Shown here piece by piece: positions 1-9,873 of a stretch of 64,000 nucleotides of DNA. The stretch lies in contig CAZBBC010000008.1 in the NCBI GenBank assembly GCA_964489835.1, positions 10,992 to 74,991 of the forward strand. The letters are read 5' to 3'. The DNA comes from an uncultured Calditrichota bacterium. Its GTDB lineage: Bacteria > Calditrichota > Calditrichia > JAJRVZ01. The notes beneath the pieces are model-generated. The model saw only the letters and a list, made by a program, of their open reading frames with translations. It had not been told where the DNA came from and did not search any database. The translations under genes were made by a program, and so were the position numbers. How positions within the stretch are numbered: the first letter of the stretch is position 1; every line of letters starts with the position of its first letter.

Positions 1-1654
1 TATTTCCCGGCCAGTCATATTCCATAAACCGATCGTGTACATCCTCAGATATTTTTCGGATGTTTTTTTCGGTATTACGACTCAGACGTCTGATAAAATA
101 TTTAACTAAAATAGGTATGTCTTCACTTCGTTCCCGCAAGGAAGGCAGGTGGATTTGTACCGTATTCACTCTGTAATAAAGATCCGATCTGAATTTACCC
201 TGTAACATTAAATTCTCCAAATCGTGGTTGGTGGCTGTTACAAGACGAATATCTACTTTCAATGGTTCCGTATTCCCTATCCGTTGAATCTCACGTTCCT
301 GAAGTACACGCAATAGTTTAACCTGAATATTAGGTGGTAGTTCACCGATTTCATCTAGAAATAACGTTCCGCCTGATGCTAACTCGATCAAGCCCTTTTT
401 ATTGGTTAATGCACCGGTAAAAGCCCCTTTCTCATAACCAAACAATTCACTTTCCAGTAGAGTATCAGGAATAGCGCTACAATTAACAGCGATAAAATTA
501 CCTTTTATCCGGGTACTGTTCTTATGAATCGCCCGTGCAATCAGCTCTTTCCCTGTTCCTGTCTCTCCTGATATCAAAATGCTGATATCGGAAGGCGCGA
601 TCCGACGCATTAATTCAAAAACTTTTTGCATTCGCCTATTGGCTGATACGATACCATCAAAAACAAAGCGGTCCTCTGAATAAAACCAGTCATAAAAAGC
701 GGTTATTTCATTTTCAAGAAGATCTTCGATGGATTGCAGATAATCTTTCCTGTTTTTTGTATGTGTTTCGATCAATGACTTTATCTGGATACCGCTTTGT
801 ATAAACAAATTCGGTGTATTTGTTTCCTTAATTTTTGATAGACTTCTGGTAATACAAAAATAAATATATATGGCATCTCTATATTTCCTGGCCATGGGAC
901 CGATGATATCGAGTAAGTTATTTTCTGTATTTTGAAGGTCAATAACAATCAGATGTTGCGCGAGATGGTATTGAAATTGTTTAAAATTAATCGGAATACA
1001 TCCCAGTTTTAAAGCCAACTGGTAGGCTTTGTTAAAATCTTTATGATACACGTATAGTTTTTTAAATTCCCTTTGCTTTACAGATTGTATAATCTCTTCC
1101 AGATCTGAAACCCGGTCACCAATAAATACAAACGGGAAACTATCAAGTTTGCCGGAAATCTTTCTGGCGATATCAAGTAAAACCTCAGGAAAAACGATAC
1201 AATTTTTAACGATGACAGGATCATTTTGAAGGTGATTTCCAAATTCCTCACCCTGCCGGTACATTTTAGTGAGAATGGGTCCGATCGAATCTTCATCGAG
1301 TGCAATATTAAATTCTTCTTTAATACCTGATAATATCAGAGGATCTGCCGGAATTTCACCATTAAGACTTATCAGGTCTTCCAGAAAATGCCGAAGTGCT
1401 TCCTGATCCTTGTACAAATTTTTTATTTTTAATAGCGGATCCGGGGTATTCCCACTCAGACCATTTCTCAGCGCATCCGTGATCGCATCCAATCTTTGTC
1501 CAACCACAAAAACTTCAATAGAGTTTTTCTGCCTCAATAGCAGTATTTCATCGATATCTGAATTTCTAAAGTGGCGGTAACAGTTTTTTAACCACTTGAT
1601 GCTGTGAAGTGTTTCAGATTTTATGGGAAAAACATTAAAAGAATATATATGCAT
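1..1654 (-). CDS. Sigma-54-dependent transcriptional activator. Partial: the C-terminal HTH lies beyond the window start. The N-terminal ~330 aa is not a canonical receiver domain.
   Basis: Manual reverse-strand translation from ATG at 1654 gives an uninterrupted frame to position 1. It contains Walker [16 protein letters not shown], the sigma-54 interaction signature GAFTGA ([15 protein letters not shown]), and [12 protein letters not shown]. The track ORF 1078..1305 lies in another frame inside it. Confidence 0.85.
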   Translation of the reverse strand, partial: MHIYSFNVFPIKSETLHSIKWLKNCYRHFRNSDIDEILLLRQKNSIEVFVVGQRLDAITDALRNGLSGNTPDPLLKIKNLYKDQEALRHFLEDLISLNGEIPADPLILSGIKEEFNIALDEDSIGPILTKMYRQGEEFGNHLQNDPVIVKNCIVFPEVLLDIARKISGKLDSFPFVFIGDRVSDLEEIIQSVKQREFKKLYVYHKDFNKAYQLALKLGCIPINFKQFQYHLAQHLIVIDLQNTENNLLDIIGPMARKYRDAIYIYFCITRSLSKIKETNTPNLFIQSGIQIKSLIETHTKNRKDYLQSIEDLLENEITAFYDWFYSEDRFVFDGIVSANRRMQKVFELMRRIAPSDISILISGETGTGKELIARAIHKNSTRIKGNFIAVNCSAIPDTLLESELFGYEKGAFTGALTNKKGLIELASGGTLFLDEIGELPPNIQVKLLRVLQEREIQRIGNTEPLKVDIRLVTATNHDLENLMLQGKFRSDLYYRVNTVQIHLPSLRERSEDIPILVKYFIRRLSRNTEKNIRKISEDVHDRFMEYDWPGN

Positions 1655-1661
1655 AATGATA

Positions 1662-2480
1662 TCAATTAAATGAGTGAATACCTGAAAAATACTGGGTAAT
1701 AACCAACATAGAAAAAATAATCCATAAGAACCCGATCAGGCTGATATAGGACAATCTTTTACCATGCCAGCGATAATTTTTCTTTCCTAAAATAGCCAAA
1801 CCATAAAAAATCCAGGTAATTAATACGGAAATTAATTTGGGATCCCAGTCCCAGTATTTTCCCCAGGCAGAAATACCTGTAAATGACCCGGAGATAATAC
1901 CGACCGTGATAAATATAAATCCCACGAGAATCGCCTGGTAATTGATTCTTTCCAAATAAACCAGGGAGGGTAATCGATCATAAAAATATCCTAACTTTTT
2001 ACTCTTTATCTCATGAAATAACAAAATATACATGAATGCAACCAGAAAGGCGGATGAGAATGCAGCATAGCCTATCAAATTGATAATCACATGAATTTCA
2101 AATAGTCGATTATTCAAAACGCTGGGTAATGTTGTGCTGGTAGAAATAAAGAGCATCGATATACTCTGGAATATAAATAAGATCACTGCATAGAATAAGC
2201 CGAGGGAATAATCATCACTTTCGCGTACAAAGATTTTATTTAGTATCGCAAAAAAGAAAATAAAAGTAGACAGCGCTTTAAAAATACCCGTTAAAGGCAG
2301 GTGACCTGTATTCACAGTCAGAATGATAAGTAGCATCAGATGAACACAAATAGCGAGGATATTGAATTTTCTGGCCGTTTTCAAGTTGCCCTGATGCCCT
2401 TTATTAAAGTAAAGAAAGAAATAAACAGCACTCACCAAATAAACCAAAGGCGACAGAATCCTTAAAAGCATAAAAAACAT
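1662..2480 (-). CDS. Cytochrome c assembly protein, CcsA/HemX-like polytopic membrane protein.
   Basis: 272 aa, about 8 TM segments. Tryptophan-rich WWD-type motif GISAWGKYWDWDPKLISVL, characteristic of CcsA/CcmC heme-handling proteins. Confidence 0.65.
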   Translation of the reverse strand: MFFMLLRILSPLVYLVSAVYFFLYFNKGHQGNLKTARKFNILAICVHLMLLIILTVNTGHLPLTGIFKALSTFIFFFAILNKIFVRESDDYSLGLFYAVILFIFQSISMLFISTSTTLPSVLNNRLFEIHVIINLIGYAAFSSAFLVAFMYILLFHEIKSKKLGYFYDRLPSLVYLERINYQAILVGFIFITVGIISGSFTGISAWGKYWDWDPKLISVLITWIFYGLAILGKKNYRWHGKRLSYISLIGFLWIIFSMLVITQYFSGIHSFN

Positions 2481-2627
2481 ATCATTTCCTATGTTTCAAT
2501 ATGGACATAAATGTTTCATTATGGTATTTATTTACGATATAATTTTTAAATTGACGCTTCTAAATTAAGCCTAATTTAATGAATTATTGTCGTTTATAAA
2601 GATTTTTTTTGTTTTTTTCATTTTGGT

Positions 2628-4751
2628 ATGATTTTTGTAGTGTTTTATCCCTTATATTCAGGAGCATTTATGCGTTTTTACTTTTTTGTAATTTTATTCA
2701 TGCTAAATATTTACAATGTTTATTCTTCCGATATCAATGGGCGGGTAATCTCTTCCCTGAATGGAGCTCCTTTAATTGGCGCGAATGTATATTTAGGGGA
2801 TACGAACTATGGTGCAGCTACTGATCACAGGGGAATATTTGTTATTAATGATGTACCTCCGGGTTCTTACACAATAAATGTAACGTATGTTGGATATAAA
2901 TTAAAGGAAAATGTTGAGGTAATCGTTTACAGCGGTGAAAAAGTAAATTGTACGCTGCAAATGGACGAGGATATTTACGATTTGAATGATATCGTTGTAA
3001 CCGGCACAAGGACCAGGCGGCTGATAAAGGACAGTCCTGTGGCTACTGAGGTTATTCATGCCGATGAGATAGAAAACCTTGGGGCAGAAAATGTAGGTGA
3101 AGTATTGGAAGAAAGATCCGGTATTATTATTACACAGGATGGAGCCCGCGGCGGGTTGTTGAGCGCTCAATTGCAGGGTTTGAATGATAACCATACACTG
3201 GTTTTGGTTGATGGAGCGCCGATCATTGGTAGAATTGCCGGAAAACTTGATCTATCAAGAATATCGGTTCAAAATATCGATAGAATTGAAATTGTAAAAG
3301 GAGCGGCATCCTCCCTATATGGCAGTGAAGCAGTAGGTGGTGTTATCAATATCATCACAAAAGATCCAGAAGAAACTCTTAATTATTCTGGTAATTTAAA
3401 TTTTGGAAGTTTTGAGGCCCGGAATGCAAAAACAGATTTTTCTGTTGCCAGCAATAAAACAAGTCTGCTGTTCTCTGCCGAGACACATCGTGCCGATGGG
3501 TATGACTTAGATCCGAGCACAGAAAATACAACCTCTGATGACTATAATAACTATTCGATTTTCTCTAAGATTAAATATCGATCTTCTGAAACCTATTTTC
3601 TGCAGGCTAACGGCCAGTTCTTTAATCAGCGTCAACACGGCTTTGATGGCGGAGAACGTACAACCGATACGAGAAGCTGGTATTTAAATGTTAACAATCA
3701 ATGGGATTTGAACAACCATTCTTCTTTTAAATTCAGATTGTATTACACCTCATATACAAAAGAGATAGATCGTGCCGATGTTTATGTTGACAATATTGAA
3801 TCGCTCAGCCGGGGTGAATTTATTTATAATCGCGTGCTTTTAAATCATATACTCACAGTCGGTGGTGAGGGATCATACAATTTGCTTCAATCAAACCGCC
3901 TGGAAAGCGGTGAAAAATCTGTCAATAATTATTCATTTTATTTACAGGATGAAATATTTTATCAATGGATCGAATTTAATGTGGGATTTCGTGCTGATTT
4001 TCATTCAGAATTTAACTGGAACTATGCACCTAAAGTTGGATTTTTGTTAAAACCAAATGATACATTCCGAGTCCGTGGTTCTTATAGTTACGGATTTCGT
4101 GCACCGGATTTTATTGAATTATATCTTGATCTGGATCATTCCGGCCTTACTTCCCAACCTTATGGTAATTCTAGTCTGCAGCCTGAAACTTCCAGAAGTT
4201 TAAACCTGGGATTTGAGTATCATTATTCAGCACAGACCATCCTTAAAGTAAATTTATTCTATAATCATTTAGATAATATGATAAACAGTATATTTCTGTA
4301 TCAAAATACTGATGGTATACAATATTACACCTATGAAAATCTGGCTGAAGCTGAAACACAGGGGTTTGAATTTGACGGAATTATCAAGTTCTGGAATAAT
4401 TATCGTCTGACCAGCGGCTATACCTACACAGAAACATTCGATTTAGCCAGGGATGAACCCTTTTTTAATCGTCCAAAGCATTCCGCACGTGTGAAATTTG
4501 ACTGGAGATATTCCAAACTTGGATTTTCCGGCAATCTACGCTGGCGATATATCGGTAAACGCTTGTTTGTAAATTTTCAGGGTGAACAAACGACAGCCCC
4601 CTGGTATGCCACATGGAATACGCGTCTGCGTCAGATGATATACCATCCGTTTTCAGTCTATTTTGAAGTCACCAATATATTTGATTATCAAAATCGTAAT
4701 TTTGTCGCCTTACCCGGGCGTTTAATTTTTGTAGGAATTGAACTAAACTAA
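2628..4751 (+). CDS. TonB-dependent outer-membrane receptor with N-terminal carboxypeptidase-regulatory-like domain. True start is probably the MRFYFF signal peptide at about 2670.
   Basis: CarbopepD_reg-like NGRVISSLNGAPLIGANVYLGDTNYGAATDHRGIFVINDVPPGSYTINVTYVGYK. Plug-domain motifs DSPVATEVIHADEIE, LVLVDGAPI, IDRIEIVKGAASSLYGSEAVGGVINIITK. Long beta-barrel ending in aromatic-rich strands. AAGGGAG-like RBS absent at 2628, so the start is uncertain. Confidence 0.85.
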   Translation: MIFVVFYPLYSGAFMRFYFFVILFMLNIYNVYSSDINGRVISSLNGAPLIGANVYLGDTNYGAATDHRGIFVINDVPPGSYTINVTYVGYKLKENVEVIVYSGEKVNCTLQMDEDIYDLNDIVVTGTRTRRLIKDSPVATEVIHADEIENLGAENVGEVLEERSGIIITQDGARGGLLSAQLQGLNDNHTLVLVDGAPIIGRIAGKLDLSRISVQNIDRIEIVKGAASSLYGSEAVGGVINIITKDPEETLNYSGNLNFGSFEARNAKTDFSVASNKTSLLFSAETHRADGYDLDPSTENTTSDDYNNYSIFSKIKYRSSETYFLQANGQFFNQRQHGFDGGERTTDTRSWYLNVNNQWDLNNHSSFKFRLYYTSYTKEIDRADVYVDNIESLSRGEFIYNRVLLNHILTVGGEGSYNLLQSNRLESGEKSVNNYSFYLQDEIFYQWIEFNVGFRADFHSEFNWNYAPKVGFLLKPNDTFRVRGSYSYGFRAPDFIELYLDLDHSGLTSQPYGNSSLQPETSRSLNLGFEYHYSAQTILKVNLFYNHLDNMINSIFLYQNTDGIQYYTYENLAEAETQGFEFDGIIKFWNNYRLTSGYTYTETFDLARDEPFFNRPKHSARVKFDWRYSKLGFSGNLRWRYIGKRLFVNFQGEQTTAPWYATWNTRLRQMIYHPFSVYFEVTNIFDYQNRNFVALPGRLIFVGIELN

Positions 4752-4773
4752 TAACAACATAAGGGAGTCAGTT

Positions 4774-5325
4774 ATGAGGATTTTATCATTATTATTTTTA
4801 ATTGTGCCATTATTGATTCTATTCGGTTGCAGTACGAACGAAAATGATCCGATGGGTCCCGAGGATGAGGGCAGCACCTTAAAATTAACGGTAACAGCAG
4901 CAGAAAAATATTATATCAGCCTTTCAAAGCAGTCTACTATAGAAGTTGTTGATCCATTGACAAATTCTGAATGGGATCTGTCTATCGAGAATTTAACCAC
5001 AATTAAGCTCAATGGCGGTTCCACCGCACCTGGTTCTGTTTATGCTTTTGTCGTGGATGGAATTGCCTTTGAGGATCTAAACAGTGCCCCAGAAACCACG
5101 TATCTGACCGATGATCAAAACGGGCCGTATATTGGCGATAACTGGTATTTTTATGATATTACTACACACACGGTGAATCCACTGGATACGTATTATGTCA
5201 TCCTGGCGATGGATGGACATTTTTACAAGTTCAAAATAACCGACGCAGTCTTTAGCAGTCGAACCGACGGCGAATTAACCATTAAGATTGAAAAATTAGA
5301 TGCACCAGCCAGTTATGATATCTAA
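4774..5325 (+). CDS. Lipoprotein, possibly HmuY-like heme/tetrapyrrole-binding partner of the upstream TonB-dependent receptor.
   Basis: SD AAGGGAG 8 nt upstream. Signal peptide with lipobox LILFGC. Motifs WDLSIENLTTIKLNGGS and the C-terminal YYVILAMDGHFYKFKIT resemble the HmuY family (assigned from memory, not searched). Position immediately 3-prime of the TBDR. Confidence 0.45.
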   Translation: MRILSLLFLIVPLLILFGCSTNENDPMGPEDEGSTLKLTVTAAEKYYISLSKQSTIEVVDPLTNSEWDLSIENLTTIKLNGGSTAPGSVYAFVVDGIAFEDLNSAPETTYLTDDQNGPYIGDNWYFYDITTHTVNPLDTYYVILAMDGHFYKFKITDAVFSSRTDGELTIKIEKLDAPASYDI

Positions 5326-5439
5326 CCAACAACCGGACGGGTCATGCTATCCTTGTTACCATTGTCTTCAGAAGAATCATCCTTTTTTAATTTTAAGGAA
5401 ACAACGGAATAATTGGCAGATCATTCGATTAATTTTGGA

Positions 5440-5486
5440 AACGGTAGGATCAAATTATTTTGATCCTACCGTTTATCATTTTATTC
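5440..5486. terminator. Rho-independent terminator, bidirectional between convergent genes.
   Basis: Perfect 15-bp stem aacggtaggatcaaa / tttgatcctaccgtt with a 4-nt loop, followed by a T-rich tract tatcattttatt. Confidence 0.6.
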
Positions 5487-5498
5487 TGTAGCAACCAT

Positions 5499-6260
5499 TT
5501 ATTTAAGCTCAATCAATGGTGCTTTAATACCAGTCGGCTCTAAATTTTTTGCTTCTTCTCTTCTCAAAATTTCCTGATACTTTTTTTCATCGATGGCTGC
5601 AAAATATTTCGTCGATGCATTTTCTATCTCTCTTCTCTTAGCCAATTTATTATCGACTAATATTTCCACCATTTTTTCCAGCTCATGCATGGTATAATTA
5701 TCTCTGATTTTTACCACGTCATATAATTCCGTTAAAGTCTGTGGACTTTTGCTCCACAATTCTCTCAATACCGGAAGTGCCGTCCTCGATTTTTTAATAT
5801 CTATAGCACTGATTTCTGTCTTTAATTGTACTAACAAATATTGACCGGCTAACTGTAAGGCGATAAAAGCTACCGGCAGTATGGGAAGAAAAGCAGAGTC
5901 CCGTGGCCTGTTCATGATTAAATTTAATTCATCTCTTACCTGACGGGGTATATAACTGGATGATTGTCTAAAATCGAGTTCAAAAGGATTTTTTGGCATG
6001 AAATTCGGAGAAATAAAATTATAAATATCTAGAATCTTTGCGTCATTATTCAAATCAATATATGTATCAGATAAATCTTCCCAGTTCCGGAGAGGTAAGA
6101 TTGGCTTTGAAAATTGCAGGCCGGTTGATTCCGTACCCTCTTTTTCAATTCGGTAGTGAGGAATTTTTAGACCAATCTGTGCAAATGCTATTGAAAAATT
6201 AATAAAAATTATAATCGCACCACACAGGTAATATATGATAGGGTGTTTTTTTCTTTGCAC
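5499..6260 (-). CDS. Hypothetical protein with N-terminal membrane anchor.
   Basis: 253-aa ORF with one N-terminal TM (IIYYLCGAIIIFINFSIAFA). No recognisable catalytic motif. Confidence 0.45.
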   Translation of the reverse strand: MQRKKHPIIYYLCGAIIIFINFSIAFAQIGLKIPHYRIEKEGTESTGLQFSKPILPLRNWEDLSDTYIDLNNDAKILDIYNFISPNFMPKNPFELDFRQSSSYIPRQVRDELNLIMNRPRDSAFLPILPVAFIALQLAGQYLLVQLKTEISAIDIKKSRTALPVLRELWSKSPQTLTELYDVVKIRDNYTMHELEKMVEILVDNKLAKRREIENASTKYFAAIDEKKYQEILRREEAKNLEPTGIKAPLIELK

Positions 6261-6328
6261 GACTTGAACACCTGGCAGATATTCGACTCACAAAAATGAA
6301 TATTAAAGAATAATTGAAAACTTGGAAA

Positions 6329-6541
6329 TTATTTTTCCTCTTCTGATTTTGGTGCTTCACTGGTTTTCAGGTGATCCGTATCATCTATTTTTAATTCTTC
6401 CTGAATTTCAGTACTTGCTTTTTTAAATTCCCGGATACCCTTCCCCAGTCCTTGTGCTAATTCCGGTAACTTTTTTGCACCGAAAATTAATAAGATGATA
6501 AACATGATAATAATGAGTTCAGTGGTTCCTATTCCAAACAT
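6329..6541 (-). CDS. tatA: Twin-arginine translocase subunit TatA/E.
   Basis: [42 protein letters not shown] matches the TatA N-terminal TM plus amphipathic-helix signature, with an acidic C-tail. Confidence 0.9.
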   Translation of the reverse strand: MFGIGTTELIIIMFIILLIFGAKKLPELAQGLGKGIREFKKASTEIQEELKIDDTDHLKTSEAPKSEEEK

Positions 6542-6559
6542 TTTATGTCTTCCTTTCTT

Positions 6560-6823
6560 TTAATCTATCCAACGCAACGCATAGGCAGCGACAAGTATCC
6601 CTATCACGCCTGTAATATTTAATTTAAATGAAAATCCAAATGTAAGTGTTAGTAATACAATATCTAAAGTTCCCGGTCCAATACTTGCAGACATCGATTT
6701 CAGGAAAAAGTCCTGGACAACTCCTGATGGAACTAAAATACCTATTACTTCCCCCAACGCAGTTCCGATCATTGCCCCGACAATGATGATAAATATAATA
6801 AAAGACGTACTTTTTTTCCGCAT
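6560..6823 (-). CDS. Small two-TM membrane protein (DUF4321-like).
   Basis: 87 aa, two hydrophobic helices, glycine-rich. Family assignment is from memory only. Confidence 0.45.
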   Translation of the reverse strand: MRKKSTSFIIFIIIVGAMIGTALGEVIGILVPSGVVQDFFLKSMSASIGPGTLDIVLLTLTFGFSFKLNITGVIGILVAAYALRWID

Positions 6824-6826
6824 ACT

Positions 6827-7522
6827 TTAATCCCTTATAAAATCCTGGAGGAGAGAGGCCAGTATTTTTTTACCGTCTGAATTTCCCATTAATTTTTCCG
6901 CATTGCGTTCTGGATGTGGCATCATACCCAAAACGTTACCCGATTGATTAATTATACCTGCAATATTATCAATAGATCCATTTGGATTAGCTTTTGGTAT
7001 AATATCTCCATCAGAAGAACAGTATCGAAATACAATCTGATTATTATCTTTCAAAATATTTAATTCTTCGATGCTACAGTAGTAATTACCCTCACTATGA
7101 GCGATAGGTATCGTCAGGATCTCTTCATCTTTACACAGATGTGTGAATCCCGTTTTATTATTTTCAACACGAAGATATACATCTTTACAGATAAATTTTC
7201 GATTGGTATTCATTATCAGTGCACCGGATAAGAGACCGGACTCTGTTAAAATCTGAAAACCATTGCATATACCGATTATCTTAGTACCGTTTTTTGATTT
7301 TTTAACGATTTCTTTCATTACCGGCGAAAATCTGGCGATAGCGCCACAGCGTAAATAATCCCCATAAGAAAATCCACCCGGCAATACAATAATTTGGTAA
7401 GCTGAAAGATCTGTTTCTTTATGCCAAACAAAATCAGTCGGTTGATTCAAAATTTTCTTGTAGGCAATATAAGCATCATGATCGCAATTTGAACCTGGAA
7501 AGATAATCACTGCGACTTTCAC
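6827..7522 (-). CDS. purQ: Phosphoribosylformylglycinamidine synthase, glutaminase subunit PurQ.
   Basis: MKVAVIIFPGSNCDHDAYIAY, catalytic GICNGFQIL, and HPE near the C-terminus. Class I glutamine amidotransferase. Confidence 0.9.
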   Translation of the reverse strand: MKVAVIIFPGSNCDHDAYIAYKKILNQPTDFVWHKETDLSAYQIIVLPGGFSYGDYLRCGAIARFSPVMKEIVKKSKNGTKIIGICNGFQILTESGLLSGALIMNTNRKFICKDVYLRVENNKTGFTHLCKDEEILTIPIAHSEGNYYCSIEELNILKDNNQIVFRYCSSDGDIIPKANPNGSIDNIAGIINQSGNVLGMMPHPERNAEKLMGNSDGKKILASLLQDFIRD

Positions 7523-7794
7523 GGCTTTTCCTCGATTTGATATTCAAAATTCTCCATTACCGGATTGGATAGAATTTTTTGACAAATTTCCTTCGCTTCC
7601 TTTTCAACCACAATTTTATCCTGATCTTTAAAAGTAAGCTCAATATGCTTACCAATTCGAACGTCCTGGACATTATCAAATTTCAGATCATTGATTGCAT
7701 GTAGAACAGCTTTTCCCTGCGGATCAAGGATTCCTTCTTTTAGCACGACCGTAACTTTTACCTTCAAATTAAACGTCCTTTTCAATAATATCAT
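7519..7794 (-). CDS. purS: Phosphoribosylformylglycinamidine synthase subunit PurS. Start is probably internal (KVKVTVVLKEG).
   Basis: KVTVVLKEGILDPQGKAVLHAINDLKF is the typical PurS motif. It overlaps the purQ start by 4 nt. Confidence 0.8.
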   Translation of the reverse strand: MILLKRTFNLKVKVTVVLKEGILDPQGKAVLHAINDLKFDNVQDVRIGKHIELTFKDQDKIVVEKEAKEICQKILSNPVMENFEYQIEEKP

Positions 7795-8512
7795 CAGTAT
7801 TTAAACGCAAAACCCAGACAATCAATCCAGATAAGATATATAAAACTATTAACGGAAACAACACAATTTGTGGAATTAAAATTAAAAGTATAGCAACAAA
7901 AATTACCACAACCACTTTGATTTTTTCTTTAGATGATCCTTTGAAATTCAATGTGGGCATCGTTTCATAACGTATGGTACTAACCATCAGGATGGAGACC
8001 ACAAATATCAGAATTATCATAATTTTGGGGAATTTAGAAACATCTCCAAAGATATAATCTGAAAAAATGACAAAACTGGTTAAAAGAAGTGCGGCGATTG
8101 GAATGGGTAATCCTAAAAAATAATCTTTATCAAATCCTTTGAGCTGAATATTAAAGCGTGCTAACCGAATACTGCCAAATAAAAGAGGTAGAAAACTTAA
8201 TAAAATGCCGACAAATTTCATATCTCTCATAAATACCATATAGACCAGGATAGAGGGAGCTAAGCCGAATGTGATGATATCGGCAAAAGAATCATACTCT
8301 ACACCGAATTTGCTTGAAGATTTTGTAAAACGAGCGACCTTACCATCCATAGCGTCCAAGAACGCACCGGCAAAAATCATCCATGCGGCCAATGCTATTT
8401 TCCCGTTAAACGCCGAAATGATCGAATAAAAGCCACAAAACATATTACCCACTGTAAAAAAACTGGGCACAATGGAGCGGGATACTTTAACCATTCTATT
8501 TAAACTTCCCAA
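7769..8512 (-). CDS. pssA: CDP-diacylglycerol--serine O-phosphatidyltransferase (phosphatidylserine synthase).
   Basis: CDP-alcohol phosphatidyltransferase motif DAMDGKVARFTKSSSKFGVEYDSFADIITFG in a polytopic membrane protein. Followed by psd. Confidence 0.8.
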   Translation of the reverse strand: MGSLNRMVKVSRSIVPSFFTVGNMFCGFYSIISAFNGKIALAAWMIFAGAFLDAMDGKVARFTKSSSKFGVEYDSFADIITFGLAPSILVYMVFMRDMKFVGILLSFLPLLFGSIRLARFNIQLKGFDKDYFLGLPIPIAALLLTSFVIFSDYIFGDVSKFPKIMIILIFVVSILMVSTIRYETMPTLNFKGSSKEKIKVVVVIFVAILLILIPQIVLFPLIVLYILSGLIVWVLRLNTDDIIEKDV

Positions 8513-9140
8513 TCACCGTTTCACCACCGAATACTTTATCTTTCAAATTTATCTTCAGGTCTACATTATCAGGAAAGAATATATCTACCCTGGAACCATA
8601 TCTTATCAGTCCGAAGCGGTCTCCGGCTGTAACCGAATCTTCTTCTTCAATATGATAAATGATTCTGCGGGCAATAATACCAGCAATTTGTTTAAATAAA
8701 ATTTTCCCCTTGCGGTGCCGGATTCCGATGATCGATTGTTCATTCTCTTCGGATGCTTTATCCACAAAGGCCAGCCTGAATTTACCTTTGATATACCGTA
8801 CTAATTCTATTTTGCCGGTCACGGGAATACGATTGACATGTACATCAAGTATTGAAAGAAAAATACTGACCTTTTTTACTCTGGCATTAAAATAATAGGG
8901 TTCCTCGACCTCACTGATGTCCACCACTGTTCCATCAGCAGGAGAAAGGATTAAATTCTCACCTGCAGGAATTGATCGTTCCGGATCACGGAGAAAATAT
9001 AAATTGAACAAGAAAATAAAGCCAATAATTACTGTTACAACCTTTAAAACACTCAGAGGAAAGAGACAAGAAATTATGATGAATATTCCGAAAATAAGAG
9101 CGGTTATAACAATTACTCGAACACCATCTGTAGCAATCAA
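8496..9140 (-). CDS. psd: Phosphatidylserine decarboxylase family proenzyme (short archaeal-type).
   Basis: 214 aa with N-terminal TM. GSRVD self-cleavage-type site (IRYGSRVDIFFP). Overlaps pssA by 17 nt. Confidence 0.75.
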   Translation of the reverse strand: MIATDGVRVIVITALIFGIFIIISCLFPLSVLKVVTVIIGFIFLFNLYFLRDPERSIPAGENLILSPADGTVVDISEVEEPYYFNARVKKVSIFLSILDVHVNRIPVTGKIELVRYIKGKFRLAFVDKASEENEQSIIGIRHRKGKILFKQIAGIIARRIIYHIEEEDSVTAGDRFGLIRYGSRVDIFFPDNVDLKINLKDKVFGGETVIGKFK

Positions 9141-9144
9141 TATC

Positions 9145-9855
9145 TTATGCTCCTCCCATAATATTAGTCACTAATTTATTATAAGTCTCGTCCAAATTAC
9201 CTTTATCAAAGCGATAGACGTCTTTATCAATGGTATTTTTATTGTCTGTGCCCCAGAATTGACAGGTATCCGGGGTGATCTCATCCCCGATTAGTAGATA
9301 TCCCTTATATCTGCCCAGTTGTAAATGCAATTCAGTTAGAATCAGATTTCTTCGTTCAAAGAATGGTTTGAGTACAGCATTTACTTTCGAGACACTCCTG
9401 CCAAGATGGAATACTTCTTCCTGTGAGATAATTTTCAGTGCGCTGAGGTGTGACTCATTGACCAATGGATTTTTAAATTTATCATTCTTATAATAGTACT
9501 CAATCACCGGCGAATGAAGTAGTTTGCCTTCTTCAAAACCATATCGTTTGCAGAGACTTTTATCAGGTGAATTAGAAATAACCACATCCACGGGCAGAAG
9601 ATTTAGATTTTTTACCTGCATTTCCTTCTCATTCAAATTCGAGATAAAATGTGTCGGTACATTATAGCTCTCGAGATATTCAAAAATCTGACCAGCAATC
9701 GCATTGTTCATCGCCGATTTTCCTTTGATTTTTCCTTGTTGTACTCCATCGGTGGCCATGAAATTGTCAGTAAATGCGAAAATCAGGTGATCTTCAGAAT
9801 CACTCTCGAATACTTTTTTTGCTCCTGCTTCATAAAGAAGTTTTCTACTTGCCAA
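9145..9855 (-). CDS. purC: Phosphoribosylaminoimidazole-succinocarboxamide synthase.
   Basis: N-terminus KLLYEAGAKKVFESD matches the SAICAR synthetase signature KLLYEGKAKK. 236 aa. Confidence 0.9.
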   Translation of the reverse strand: MASRKLLYEAGAKKVFESDSEDHLIFAFTDNFMATDGVQQGKIKGKSAMNNAIAGQIFEYLESYNVPTHFISNLNEKEMQVKNLNLLPVDVVISNSPDKSLCKRYGFEEGKLLHSPVIEYYYKNDKFKNPLVNESHLSALKIISQEEVFHLGRSVSKVNAVLKPFFERRNLILTELHLQLGRYKGYLLIGDEITPDTCQFWGTDNKNTIDKDVYRFDKGNLDETYNKLVTNIMGGA

Positions 9856-9873
9856 TGATACCTCCCGTTATTA

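Noticed and set aside
1078-1305. Track ORF (75 aa, minus).
   Set aside because: It lies in a different frame inside the long sigma-54 activator reading frame (1..1654). Its translation is low-complexity and it has no RBS.
2480-2630. Sigma-54 (-24/-12) promoter near the activator/ccsA/TBDR divergent region.
   Set aside because: TGGTAT motifs are present, but no GC at the correct -12 spacing. This does not meet the TGGCAC-N5-TTGCW consensus.
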